A stretch of DNA of 64,000 nt, taken from Microthyrium microscopicum. Taxonomy: Eukaryota. The notes under the pieces are model-generated. The model was not told the DNA's origin and made no database searches. It saw only the letters and a list, made by a program, of their open reading frames with translations. Below are positions 39,370 through 50,625 of this stretch, one piece after another. Both the position numbers and the translations under genes were made by a program. The stretch covers positions 949,481 through 1,013,480 of the forward strand of contig MU004232.1 in assembly GCA_010405405.1 (NCBI GenBank). Direction: 5' to 3'. How positions within the stretch are numbered: position 1 is the stretch's first letter; each line of letters starts with the position of its first letter.

Positions 39370-40229
39370 ATGGCTCCTGGAGAATCTGCCTCGTCTAATA
39401 AGCGCAAGCGCGGTGGAGCTGATCAGGGTGCTTCTAGGCCATCACCATCTGCTCGTCCCTCATCTTCTCATGATGATGCAAATGCTGCCCAATCTGCCTA
39501 CGACGAAGGGTTAGGCCAGATCATTGCGCACAACAATGGTACGCATAACCATCTGAGCGGGCCCAGTACTAGTGTTGCTGCCGAGACAGCTGCCGCGGCT
39601 TTGACGCACTATCAAGTTCCAGCATCATTTGAGCCGGGTGCACAGTCTGCTGGAGATTCAAGCAACCCCTTTGGCCTAGACCATAGGGACTTTGGACTGG
39701 ATTCTCTTAAAGATGGACATCCATCAGGGCCACAAGGTCCACAGCAAGGAAGTCCCCAGACTCCAGCCTCTGGTTCCAAACCTGCTGTCGGATCTGAAGA
39801 ATGGCATAGGGTTCGACGTGATAACCACAAAGAAGGTATGTTGTCCCAAAGTGTACATCAACCAACTACCACTAACAATGCTTAGTTGAGCGTCGCCGGC
39901 GTGAAGCAATCAACGAAGGGATTAATGAACTCTCCAAAATTGTGCCAGGCTGCGAGAAGAACAAAGGCTCCATCCTACAACGAGCGGTCCAATACATCGG
40001 ACAACTCAAAGAAAATGAACAACAAAACATCGAAAAGTGGACTCTCGAAAAACTCCTTCTTGATCAGGCCATTACCGAGTTGACCTCTACGGCAGAACGG
40101 TTGAAGAATGACTCGAAATTCTACCAACGTGAGCGAGACATATACAAGCGGGCCTGTGAAGAGAACGGTACAGTTCCACCAGAAATGAAAGAGCTGGAGA
40201 ACGAAGGCAAAAGTAGCATCGAAGAATAG
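39370..40229 (+). CDS. CBF1: Cbf1-like bHLH-zipper transcription factor
   Basis: KPAVGSEEWHRVRRDNHKE|VERRRREAINEGINEL (intron 39836-39885), NKGSILQRAVQYI, NIEKWTLEKLL. Confidence 0.9.
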
Positions 40230-41241
40230 GCTTCTTCGGTGCGCTCAACCTCTGTACATCCGCTGATGGAGTCGCAACAGGGCTCGAATTCAATCTTGAC
40301 TCGACCCAAACTACCTGAAGAGCACTACGAGCAAAGCGCAATGACTGCACATTCTACTGATTCTCCGCGCTTCGACTACGCTGAAAATTCCGACCTGCAT
40401 CCGCATCATCATCCAGCATCCGATAATGGCAAAGAATATCTAAAACTACAAGACGTTCACGACGCCACATCCCATGCGGATAACACTACACAACCCCCCG
40501 AAGACCATGACGATCGCCGATTGGCACACGACTCGGAAGATCTAGTGGCCCATTACGCTCATCAAGCGGCCAGAGAAGCCTTCCGCCACGAGTACGGCGA
40601 TTACGGTTATTAGTCAGATTTGCAGCTGGCGTTCTCTAGGTTATGAAAGGACATGGCGCTGGCGTTAGACGATGGTTATTTATCTTGTTGTTCCCACAAC
40701 CAAGCTTATACGGGTTTGTTTATGCTGTAGATATTTCTTGAGGGTACAAGTTGGCCCAATCCCTTTTGATGGGGTGGTGTCGTACCTCGTTTCCTATTTG
40801 TTACTCAAATGCCAACGATCAATGCAATCAGAATAATACTTCAAAGCAACCATTTTGTTCGTTAAACATTTTCTAACGTTCCGCATAGTGCAGTCTTTCC
40901 TTTTCGACGCAGACATCAAATACCACTTGGTAGCGTTCACTGACGTCGTGTGCCGAGAAGCATTGGTCCAAATTGATAACCCCTCTCATTTTGCCTCAAC
41001 TCTGAGAACTTCACATCCTTCCCATATCATCACATCTGAGGCAAGTTCTACATCAATTTATTTGACACAAATCGGTTTAAATACTAGAGCGTTCTGGAGC
41101 AAGGTTCATAGGAAGTCTAGAAATTGCTGCACTCCTACAACAAGTTCGACATACCCAGAGCTAAAGAGAAGATCCCCATCTACACATCTCTATATCAATC
41201 TAGGAATTAAACTTCGTATCAACCGGTCCACCAAAGTCAGC

Positions 41242-42429
41242 ATGTCAACCCAGGCCGACCCAGGCTCGAGCATAGTCATCATAGGTGGCGGCATCATAGG
41301 AGTCTGTACCGCCTACTTCCTAGCAACTCACCCAAAATACGATCCGTCAAAACACACTATTACAATCCTCGAAGCATCCTCAATCGCCTCTGCCGCGTCC
41401 GGCAACGCAGGTGGTCTCCTCGCACTCTGGGCTTACCCTAGCTGTATTGTCCCTCTCAGCTTCAAACTCCATGCCGAGCTCGCAAAAGAACTAAATGGCG
41501 CTGAGCGCTGGGGCTACCGGAGTGTCCAATGCGGCGAAATCACAGCCGTCACGTCCGCTAGCAAAATCTCCAGCAAAGGCAATGGCAATCTAGGCAAAGA
41601 ACACAGCAAGACCAAGAAAGGCTCCAAAGCCACTCTCCCTAAGGACCTGCTCTCCTGGCTCAACCCATCCACCATAACCGCCTACGATCCCATGAGCTCT
41701 CCCGGCCACACTGCCCAAGTCCACCCACGACTCTTCACCAAAGCGATCGCATCCGAAGCACAAAGGAACGGCGTCACCATCACCATCGGCCGCGCCACAG
41801 CACTAAACACCAATTCCACCGGTGCCATCGAGTCCATCTCATACGACGACGCCGGCTCAAGCAAAACTCTCCCTGCCTCGACCGTTATCGTAGCAGCAGG
41901 CCCTTGGTCCTCCACCCTCCTTCCAGCCCTTCCATCCAGCACAGTCCGCGCCCATAGCATAATTATCCGCACTAAGGCGCCAGTCAGCGCCCATGCCCTC
42001 TTCACTTCCATATCAACCTCTCCCCGAAGCACAGCCGCAACACCAGAGATCTATCCCCGGCCCGACGGCACAGTCTACGCCTGCGGTGCCACCGACTCTG
42101 CTGCATCCCTCCCCCAGCTAGCCAGCAATGTGTCCATCGACGAGTCGCAAATCAGCGCCCTTCATCAGCAGATTAGTTCCGTGAGTCCTGTGTTAGCTGA
42201 CGCAGATCTCGAAGCAAAACAAGCGTGTTATCTACCCAATATGGAGGATGGGGGTGGCCCCGTGGTGGGACGGACGAAGACGAAGGGCGTGTTGGTGGCG
42301 ACGGGACACACGTGTTGGGGGATTCAGAATAGTTGTGGAACGGGGAAGGTTGTTAGTGAGATGGTTTGGGAGGGTGAGGCGAGAAGTGCGGATGTGAGAG
42401 AGTTGGATCCTGGGTTGTGGGGTCTTTGA
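41242..42429 (+). CDS. FAD-dependent oxidoreductase, DAO family (Tda3/Btn3-like)
   Basis: First ATG 41242; IIGGGIIG, ASGNAGGLLA, TAQVHP, PEIYPRP, QACYLP, GHTCWGIQNS. Confidence 0.88.
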   Translation: MSTQADPGSSIVIIGGGIIGVCTAYFLATHPKYDPSKHTITILEASSIASAASGNAGGLLALWAYPSCIVPLSFKLHAELAKELNGAERWGYRSVQCGEITAVTSASKISSKGNGNLGKEHSKTKKGSKATLPKDLLSWLNPSTITAYDPMSSPGHTAQVHPRLFTKAIASEAQRNGVTITIGRATALNTNSTGAIESISYDDAGSSKTLPASTVIVAAGPWSSTLLPALPSSTVRAHSIIIRTKAPVSAHALFTSISTSPRSTAATPEIYPRPDGTVYACGATDSAASLPQLASNVSIDESQISALHQQISSVSPVLADADLEAKQACYLPNMEDGGGPVVGRTKTKGVLVATGHTCWGIQNSCGTGKVVSEMVWEGEARSADVRELDPGLWGL

Positions 42430-42942
42430 TGGGGCGGTAAGAGTTGATGAGGTTGACTGGCTTAGGTGGCTAGAATCGTAGTAAGATTCTGTAAGTTGAC
42501 CTCGTAAATGTTGATATATTCGGAATGCCAAAACCAGGGGTGTCCCCCAGCGCGTTCGATGGCGCCCATAAAATGCGTTGCTGATCGAATGCAATGGTTC
42601 TCAACAGATGCGATGGACAAAACCAACAAAACCTCAGTGTAGTTTCATGATGTAAAACTGTATATAAACAAAGAAGGGAATCTACATGTGGCTACTATGG
42701 AGCCAGTGCTGTCTAAAGATAGGGATATCAAACATCTTCTAAACGACAGTAGGTTACTTGCCAGTAACCAGACCATCTAAAATCCCGCAGTGTATATCAA
42801 CCCAGCCTAATCTAGCATTCCACTATATAGAGGTAATCTCCCAAACGCCATCCAAAATCCAAAGAACACCATAAATGCAAGATTCCACAATACCCATAGC
42901 CAAAATTCTCATAACAGCCACGCCCCATATCCAATCCCAGAC

Positions 42943-44311
42943 TCAAAGACCCTCCCCCAAATCCATGATCTGAATTCCCCAATCCTTCGTAACAGCCAAC
43001 GGCATTCTTCCCGAAACGAGGCCCAACCAGTCAGATCCATTAACCCCTTTCGGCAGTCCAGGCCAGCTACTAAAGAATCGACAACCCACTCTGCTGTCAT
43101 CTTTGTACCCCTTCATGCGGACCGCCCAACATTTTGGCGAGGAGCCACTTCCATTGTAGCAGAACATTTCACATATACCAGATCCGACCTGTTTAACGCC
43201 GCGGATCAACGGGCTGTCTTCGCAATTACTAGTTCCATAAGACACGCCCGACGGCGAGAAGAAGCGCATTTGAATTTCTGGGCCGCACAGCTTTCGAGAG
43301 CCAGGGGTGTGAAAGTGGTCGATGGTGGCTAGTAGAGCTGCCACGGCGGAGTTATGTGTTTCGAGGGAGATGGAGGCGCATATTGGACCGGAGGTCGCGG
43401 GTGTGAATGGTCTGATGGAGCTGTCGTCTGCGCGGGTATGTTGGCCTGTGAAGAAGCCGCCAATGTCGAGAGATGCCACCTTTGTGAGAAGCGTGGGGTA
43501 GATGTGTTGAAGGACGATGATTCCGTATGGGTAGCTGACGTGTAGCTTGAGAGGCTTGGAGTGCTTGAGGCCCATATAGTCTGCGAACTCGTCTCGGATC
43601 TGCTTGCAGGTTGCGACGAGGGCGTATGGTGCGACTTTGGGCATGCCTGCTGGAGGTTCGGCTGGGATGATATTGCCAAAGTAGCTAACAAACGTTAATA
43701 TGATATGACGATTGGCGGCAATGTCTTCGAGAATGACTAAATAAAATAAAGAATCATAAAACACGCTATGGGAGCCATCGAATTCGATGGGAATCACAGC
43801 ACTTGATCAAAGAACGCATGCGATGGCTCGCATAGCACTCGATCAGAAAGCGCATTCGGTGGCTCCCATCGCACTCGATCACACAACACATCCCATGGCT
43901 CCCATCGCACTCGATCAGACAAGGCATTCTATGAGAGCCATCAAGTGCGATGGGAGCCACCAGGAGTTTTCTGAAATTCAATGTAATCGCTAAAATTTGT
44001 GGAAAGTCTCACCTGTTCGTACGAGTCATCTCTGCCGCAACCGCAGAAGGGGTAGTAGACGGAGATGCGGGCGCTGGAGTGCGTGGTGGAGAGATTGTGG
44101 TTCGTGGAGCATAGGTAGTGAAATCCATGAGCTTCTCGTCTAGGCCATTATGTACGACGGGGATATGATCATATGGCAGCCCGGGGATGCGATGGGCGCT
44201 ATCAGAGTTGCTGGAGAGGATAGTACCGATTGTGAGTTCGTTGGAATCTTGTATCGCGAGCTCGTAGATTGCGAGCCGGATCTCAACTGGGAGGGTTAAG
44301 AAGGAAGGCAT
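42943..44311 (-). CDS. Hypothetical protein with F-box-like N-terminus
   Basis: MPSFLTLPVEIRLAIYE start at 44311; exon 44311-44013, intron 44012-43685 (GTGAGA...TTAAC...TAG), exon 2 in frame with ALVATCKQIRDEF. Confidence 0.7.
43766..43960. repeat. Intronic 36-bp tandem array (4 units) flanked by two opposite-orientation related copies
   Basis: Units start at 43787, 43823, 43859, 43895 (consensus RTGGCTCCCATCGCACTCGATCA plus about 13 variable nt); 43940-43960 is the reverse complement of 43859-43879 at 20/21. Confidence 0.9.
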
Positions 44312-44563
44312 TGTCCCCGGAAGTGTCAACTCGACGTCTGTTGGTGAATCTGGCAAGTGAATTTCGTACAAGATGAACCACAAAAGTATTGATATACTGG
44401 TGGAAGACGGATCAGATGGAGAGTATCAGAGTCGCCTGTGTGCCAAATGGTCGAAGATGTATTTCCAACAAGATCCAGTGGGGAGCGTTAGCAGTTCAAA
44501 TCTAGCTCTGTTTCCGATTTGAATTACGGTATCCGAAGCCAAAAACTAAACTACAATAGTCCT

Positions 44564-44775
44564 TAGCTCAAGCCTCATAAGCCTAGCTCAAGCCTCAATC
44601 CCTTTTAGAACAGAGCAACGCTAAGCTAGTCGAAAGGTATTAACGAATAATATTCTTTAGCTAAGAGAGATAGACAACGCTAGGCTTAATAGCGTTAAAG
44701 AACGCCTCTCCCGTCAATTCAATTCGAGTTCAAGGTCCTTGAACTGAGTTCAAGGGCCTTGAACAGGATTTGAAC
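44564..44775. repeat. Short direct repeats and tandem palindromes in a TpA-rich patch (possible degraded/RIPped element)
   Basis: TAGCTCAAGCCTCA twice (44564, 44584); AGTTCAAGG-T-CCTTGAACT (44727-44745) and GTTCAAGG-G-CCTTGAAC (44748-44764). Confidence 0.55.
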
Positions 44776-46529
44776 TAGTTAACCTCTTTAGGAAGCGATC
44801 AGTTCCAACGGAGTATTCCGAGGTAGCAGGAATTGAACTGCTAACGCTGCCCAGTAGAAAGAACCAACGGGTTTCACAGAAAGATATACTTCCCCAGCTC
44901 TTTCAATTACCAGTCTATAAGTCGATCAGTTCCAGCACGAGTTAGTCAATAATTGCAATGCACTTCGATCGCAATGCCAGTCTGAATCGGGAGCAGCCAA
45001 CTGCACTCCGAAGACAAAAAGGTGGGAGATGAGTTGAAGATCAAGCTGATCAAGCCGAGAATGGAATTCAGGGTCCAAACACCAGACCCAAAAGGCCCAA
45101 ACAAGGGGTCAGGGCGCACGACCGAGATTGCAGAAGTGCTCGCGGACTGGTGCTGGATGCGGCTCAGGGTCCACAGCTCAAATTGGTGTCGTCTGATTGG
45201 CAATGTCAAGAGTCTAGAAGCCGGGATCCGGGCCACGCAGAAGATTTGGAAACGTGATCGTCGCTTCTGCAATGTTTCCCGATATCGTCCGTGAATGTAT
45301 GATAATTGGTGGATAAGATGATAGCTGAGCCGGTCGGCGTACGGATACTGATGATATGCTGTCTCTGCACCTTCTGGCTTCAAATTTCTTATATATTGAC
45401 TGCAGTCTGGAAAGTCGAAAGTATGGTGATATGAAGAAGCATCGGTCTCAAAGTCAGAGGACCAAGTCTTATACCATCCCATCAAGGGAGCAGCTCAGAT
45501 GGGAATATGCCACATGCTCTCGTGCACGGTCAACATGTCACTTTCAAGAATCGAAGCTGATAGGGTGTGCACTGTGCAGACGTCAAAGAGCAAACGAGAC
45601 AAGGTGAAGTTGATATTGACGTCTGGTTCCAAACGCCAACAGTGCGCAGTGCACGGAGCATTGGCGACAGATCTTTGCGGGAGAGCGGCCTCTAAGAGTA
45701 ATAGTGCTCATAAGGCTGGTTAGCAGCGGCCTCATAAACTAGCGAGTTGAACATCGTGAAGTGGCGCGAGTGGATGAACTGGATTAGAGCGCAAAAGTGG
45801 GCCAAGGTTGAGAAAGGTTGAGCACGGGCTAAGGTTTGCATCCAGACTTTCTCGTCAACTGCATGCAAAAGAAAGGAGGAAATGGGATAAATTGCTGCAC
45901 AGGTCACACAAGAGACAGACGGTTCGTGAGTTCAAGAGATGTGACACAAGACCACGGGATCAGTTTGAGCCATGAAATTCGAGACATTGCGTCCTGTTTG
46001 CTGGTTATGTCAAAATCTGGGATGATGTAGTTTTGGGCACTTCTGCTTGAGTCAATAGTCAGTGCCTACGCGTATATCGAGATATTGAAGGTATGCTCGT
46101 TATATTGTGCATTAACTAACAGGTAACATAAGTAGACGAAAGGGCAATCCGACACAAAAAAGAGAAGACAAAAATCATCCTAAGCTCCGTAATTCCCCAC
46201 CCAAGAGGTCTATCGTAAAAGTGTACCTGGTTTAATACTTGCAGCATACAAAGCTCAAGTATATTAATCGCACCAGCCTTATCAGCCACGCGAAAACCAA
46301 GCTATGTAATTAATCAGTGTTGAGATTTGAAAGAAAACAGCACAAACTCCCCCAATCCAAGTAGCCGCGTGGTGTCCAGTCAGTGCCATCGTCTCTCTTG
46401 AACATGGGAAGCTCTGCCCTTTTCATCTCTTCACGAATAGCCGCGCCAGCTTGCAGAACATTGACATTGATGCCTACAGATCCATTTCCCCTAATCAGCC
46501 AAAGAACATCGGTCAAGTGATCGAGTCCT

Positions 46530-47520
46530 TTAGCAGCAGCCACTTCCGGATCCTTGATCCACGCGAGTTCCAGCACCAATGTTCACCTTCTCTTTGCCGC
46601 CCTGTTGTGTCGAGCTTCCCATACGCTCCTTGATCTGTCGAGCCATGGTCAAGAAAGCTTGCTCGACGTTTGATGCATTCTTGGCAGATGTCTCGAGGAA
46701 TGGTATTCCAAGGCTGTCAGCGAATTCCTACGGCGAAGATGTCAATCTATGGTTCCTGGGATTCTGGATGAGTAGCTATTTCTTACCTTTGCCGTAGTAT
46801 ACTCCACAACCTTCTTATCAGTCATATCAGACTTGTTGCCTACCAACAGCTTGTTGACGCCCTCGGTAGCATATCGATCAATTTCTTGCAACCACTGTTT
46901 GACGTTGTTGAAGGAATCCATATCTGTAACATCATAGACTACGCAGATGCCATGGGCACCACGATAGTAGGAAGAAGTGATAGTACGGAAGCGCTCTTGA
47001 CCGGCTGTGTCCCACTAATATGATCTTAGTAACCCAACTTATGGTAACATATAAGGTATAAACATACGATTTGTAGCTTGACAGTCTTTCCGTCTAGCTC
47101 AATCGTTCGGATTTTCTATTGTCGCATTGTTAGTGGCACTATCTACTGGAGCGATATAGGTCGGTTGCATGTAAAACATACAAAGTCAACGCCGATAGTG
47201 GAGATGTAACTCTCTGTGTAGGTATCGTCGGCGAATCGAAGGAGAAGGCATGATTTTCCAACACCAGAGTCACCGATGAGGAGGAGCTTGAAGAGGTAAT
47301 CGTATCTAGAGGGGTACGTCAGCTGAAAGCCGCAAGGTACGTTGGTGGCGGTGAAGATTATATCGTGCGGATAGTTGGCTTGAAGGTAAGAAGTACTCTG
47401 TTGAAGCTGTTAGCACAAGAAAGAATGCTGCGATAAACCATGGCCGCCTTGTAGAAGGCTGGCGATGCGGTAGGTGATGATTTAACGTTGGCATGGAGAT
47501 GCGTACCACTCTGGATTCAT
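46530..47520 (-). CDS. YPT1: Rab1/Ypt1 small GTPase (202 aa)
   Basis: Exons 47520-47510, 47305-47182, 47115-47068, 47014-46787, 46727-46530 total 609 nt; [42 protein letters not shown]-terminal GCC. Confidence 0.97.
47306..47509 (-). other. Predicted spliceosomal twin intron (stwintron), [D3,4] type, in YPT1
   Basis: GA|GTG[GTACGC...GCTAAC...CAACAG]AGT...GCTGAC...CTCTAG|ATAC; removing internal intron 47506-47398 creates a canonical GTGAGT donor. Confidence 0.85.
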
Positions 47521-48221
47521 GATGACGAAGCGTTTAGACGATAATTAGATGGATAGACAGCGGGCTTTGTGGAAAGAAGTGCAGGTAGCTGAGTCCTATG
47601 AATATGGACAGCGATGAGATGCGGATACCAGTAGAGAAACACAAGTGAAAGGTGTAGGAGAAAGTTTGGGACGTTGGAAGGGAACAGTGAAGGCCCCCAG
47701 TCAGTAGTTGAGGTCGTTCTACTTTGGGGTCCGGCGTTTGCTGAGTGTTGTGGTTGGCTACTCAAGCGCCCAGCCCGAGCGCGCTACTCAGCCTGAGTCA
47801 GCAGCATCTGAGCTATGTATCAAACAGTCTCATTGATCAGCTGCTGAGGCTGTCTTTCCCTGAAAATAGCGGTCATGTATGTATTGATCAGGTAAAGTTT
47901 CATAGGAGTTCAATTCTGGAAGCCAGATATGTAAGTAGAGCTATCCGCTGTACAGATCGGACTCCGCGCTCTCTACTCCCAGCGAATCTGCCATCACTCG
48001 CCCATCGAAAAGAGTTGAGATCCTGTTCAGTCACAAAACCCGCAATTACAACGCCTTACAAACATGCTCGAATATATCCCTTTGATCCCAGAGTCTATTA
48101 AAACTTTTAGGTCGTCCTCTATAGCTCGGCCGGGTGCCTAGCCTTGCCAGTCATTAACGCCGCCATTGATGTCTTGAAGAAAATGGAACCTCCTCTGGAG
48201 CCTTCGCTGCAGCCTAGTAGC

Positions 48222-49327
48222 TTACATGATCTTGTTGAACGCTGGGATCAGTGTTTGTGCCAACCAGAATGAGAAGACGAGCTTTGGTCCCGTCATCAGA
48301 AGCTTGGGCACTAAGCCTTTGAAGAATGCAGATGCTCCCTCGTGTTTGGCCATATTTGACAGAATCTTGAATCCGCTTTCTGGGTTTTCGAAGTTGCGGT
48401 TTTGTATCCGGGTCTTGATAACGTCGAGAGGAGCGGAAACGATAAGGGAGGCGCTAGCACCAGCGATTGATGCAACAAAGTTTTGTGACCAGCTGGCCTT
48501 ATTGTAGTCCTCTAGCTTGTATAGATATTGTTTGGCAGCGGCTGATCCACCAAAGAGCTTTATCCGTTAGTATCTGAACTTTTCTCCTGCGGCGTAGTCC
48601 ACTCACTGCAAAAGAGCCTGGCGCATTTCGAGCTGCGGTCCATCCCCAACCTCTGTATAAACCGAATCCTTCGTCGGCGACAATTCTGAACACGCCTCGT
48701 CCTCTAAATGCCTCGGGATTTGTCTGTCGCTTGATCTTCAATACATCAAGAGGTAGTAGAACGATTTCTCCTATTCCGATGAGACTGCACCATGTCAGAT
48801 TATGCTCCTTTATCCTCCTTACGAGAGCAATTCATACCTTCCTGCGGTAGCGTGGAGTATAGCCTTGCCATTTCCCTTGCCAAACGCATTGTCGAATTGC
48901 TGTCCGTAATTCGCGGCCAGAATGTCACGCGCAAATGGCTGTCCACCATACTTGTACATTCGCTGTAGGACCTTGTATGCTGCTGCGTATCCGAGACCGG
49001 GGAAGAGGGAGAAGAATCGACCGGGTACAGAGGCGCCTGCTTTATCTTTGAATACGACGGTGTTTAATTGGGCTGCTGATGTGATTTTGCCATAATTGCT
49101 CATCAATCGTTTGGCGGTTGTGTCAACCTAGATAGGTCAGCTAGCTTTCGGCAGTTTTCAGAGCGGAGGACGTACGGGATGGAAGACGGCGAGCTCGGCA
49201 ATACCAGCGCATCCTAAGAAAGTCAATTGATACTCGACAGCATTTTGGCATTGGGAAGTTCACCTGCGCCAGTGAATCGAGCTCTTGTCGACTCCTTCTC
49301 GACTGAGGTCGCGGATCCCACCGCCAT
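48222..49327 (-). CDS. GGC1: Mitochondrial GTP/GDP carrier
   Basis: GIAELAVFHPVDT, FPGLGYAAAYKVLQR-x-YKYGGQP, LKIKRQTNPEAF, LYRGWGWTAARNAPGSFA; four introns. Confidence 0.93.
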
Positions 49328-50298
49328 TGTATGGATTAGAGACTAGAGAAGGGAGGAGAAAGGCCTGTATGAGATAAAAGAGAGGGCGCGAAAATAAATG
49401 TGAGAGTGTTTGTTTCCAGGGAACGAGAGTCTTATCAATGAATGGAAATGGTTTTACAAGAGTCGAATTTTTGGAGAAGAGTTGAAGAACGAGGATCCCT
49501 GCAAGTTTGACTTTTTTTCTCCTCGTGCTCCCTGACGACACCAAGACGGCATCTTTTTTCCTTTCTCATTTTCAAGGACTTTTTCTTTTCATCCCGGTCA
49601 TTATTGGTGAAATATACCAATCTGCACTGCTACTACTCGTGTTTAATCTCCGACTGATGGTAGACCGATCAAGCATTGACTGTGGGCAAGTCGCATTGCA
49701 AGTAGCCTTGTTACAACTCACACAGTACTGTCACGTATGCTCAGATTGATTGTTTTGAGGATAGCCATGGGCTCTGCCATTGAATTAGGAGCCTTGTCGA
49801 CGCCGTGAAGCCTGGACAAGCCGTTTGGCGATGGCCCCGGAGCTCATATGCTATGCTACTGATTCCAGCTTGCGGCCCAAGAACTCAGCTGTAAGCTGTC
49901 TACTACTGCTTTCCATACTGCACGGATAACTGAGGCAGCTAACCTCTGGACAATAACGGTATCGAGACTCGGATTTTCGGATGTATGGAGTACTCTCTGG
50001 CGTCACACCTTGGTTGGCAGCAATTCGGTCATTACCTATCGGTGCTAGCATAAAACTCAACTCAGCTCGTTGATCGTGGCATTTCATTGCAAGCAAACAC
50101 AAATTTCGATCACAGGATCTTTATCTATCTCACATGGTTCGACTTGATGGGCTGACCGATGGTAGAAAGCATTTTCGATTCGATTATTCAATCTGCTACC
50201 AGATTGCAATTCCATGGACCCATCGCAGTTCCATTCGCTATGGTAGATCACAGCTCGAATACATTGGACCGTAGTTCGGATAATTCCTCGCTTTTCAC

Positions 50299-50625
50299 CT
50301 AATTCGAACTCTTTGCACAAAACACCGCAAAGCTACGGAAGTCCTCTTTCGCAGTCCCACTGTATTGTCCACAATGTCGTTCATTCGCATAGCCGCTCCC
50401 TTTGCATGTCTTGTCAGAGTACAAAAGTGCGCAGCAGTTCAGTGAAACTCCATCTCGTGTGCTATCTTTTCCGTCCCAGGTATAGTGGTCGTTGCGCGAG
50501 CGAGATACTGTTTGGCAAGGCATATCAGACGTGCTCTTGTATGAGTCCTTGTTGGTGGTGAAGGTCCAGGCTTGGGCGACTTGAATTGCCGAGAGGGCGA
50601 TGAGGAGGGTGGAGGGAAGTTGCAT
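50299..50625 (-). CDS. Small secreted cysteine-rich protein (108 aa, 6 Cys), effector-like
   Basis: ATG 50625; signal peptide MQLPSTLLIALSAIQVAQA then WTF; C-x26-CC-x8-C-x10-C-x17-C spacing. Confidence 0.8.
   Translation of the reverse strand: MQLPSTLLIALSAIQVAQAWTFTTNKDSYKSTSDMPCQTVSRSRNDHYTWDGKDSTRDGVSLNCCALLYSDKTCKGSGYANERHCGQYSGTAKEDFRSFAVFCAKSSN

Noticed and set aside
40855..41241. 129-codon open extension upstream of the DAO-family ATG
   Set aside because: It starts at TTG with no ATG and looks like promoter/UTR sequence; the Rossmann motif begins right after ATG 41242.
43787..43930. CRISPR-like look of the 36-bp array, and its 12-aa-periodic ORFs on both strands
   Set aside because: Eukaryotic intron, no cas genes, and the spacers are only about 13 nt and related to each other. 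The ORFs follow from the unit length being divisible by 3.
44946..45485. 179-aa minus-strand ORF and overlapping plus-strand ORFs
   Set aside because: No recognisable motif or convincing gene structure; I cannot support it as a gene or a transposon ORF.
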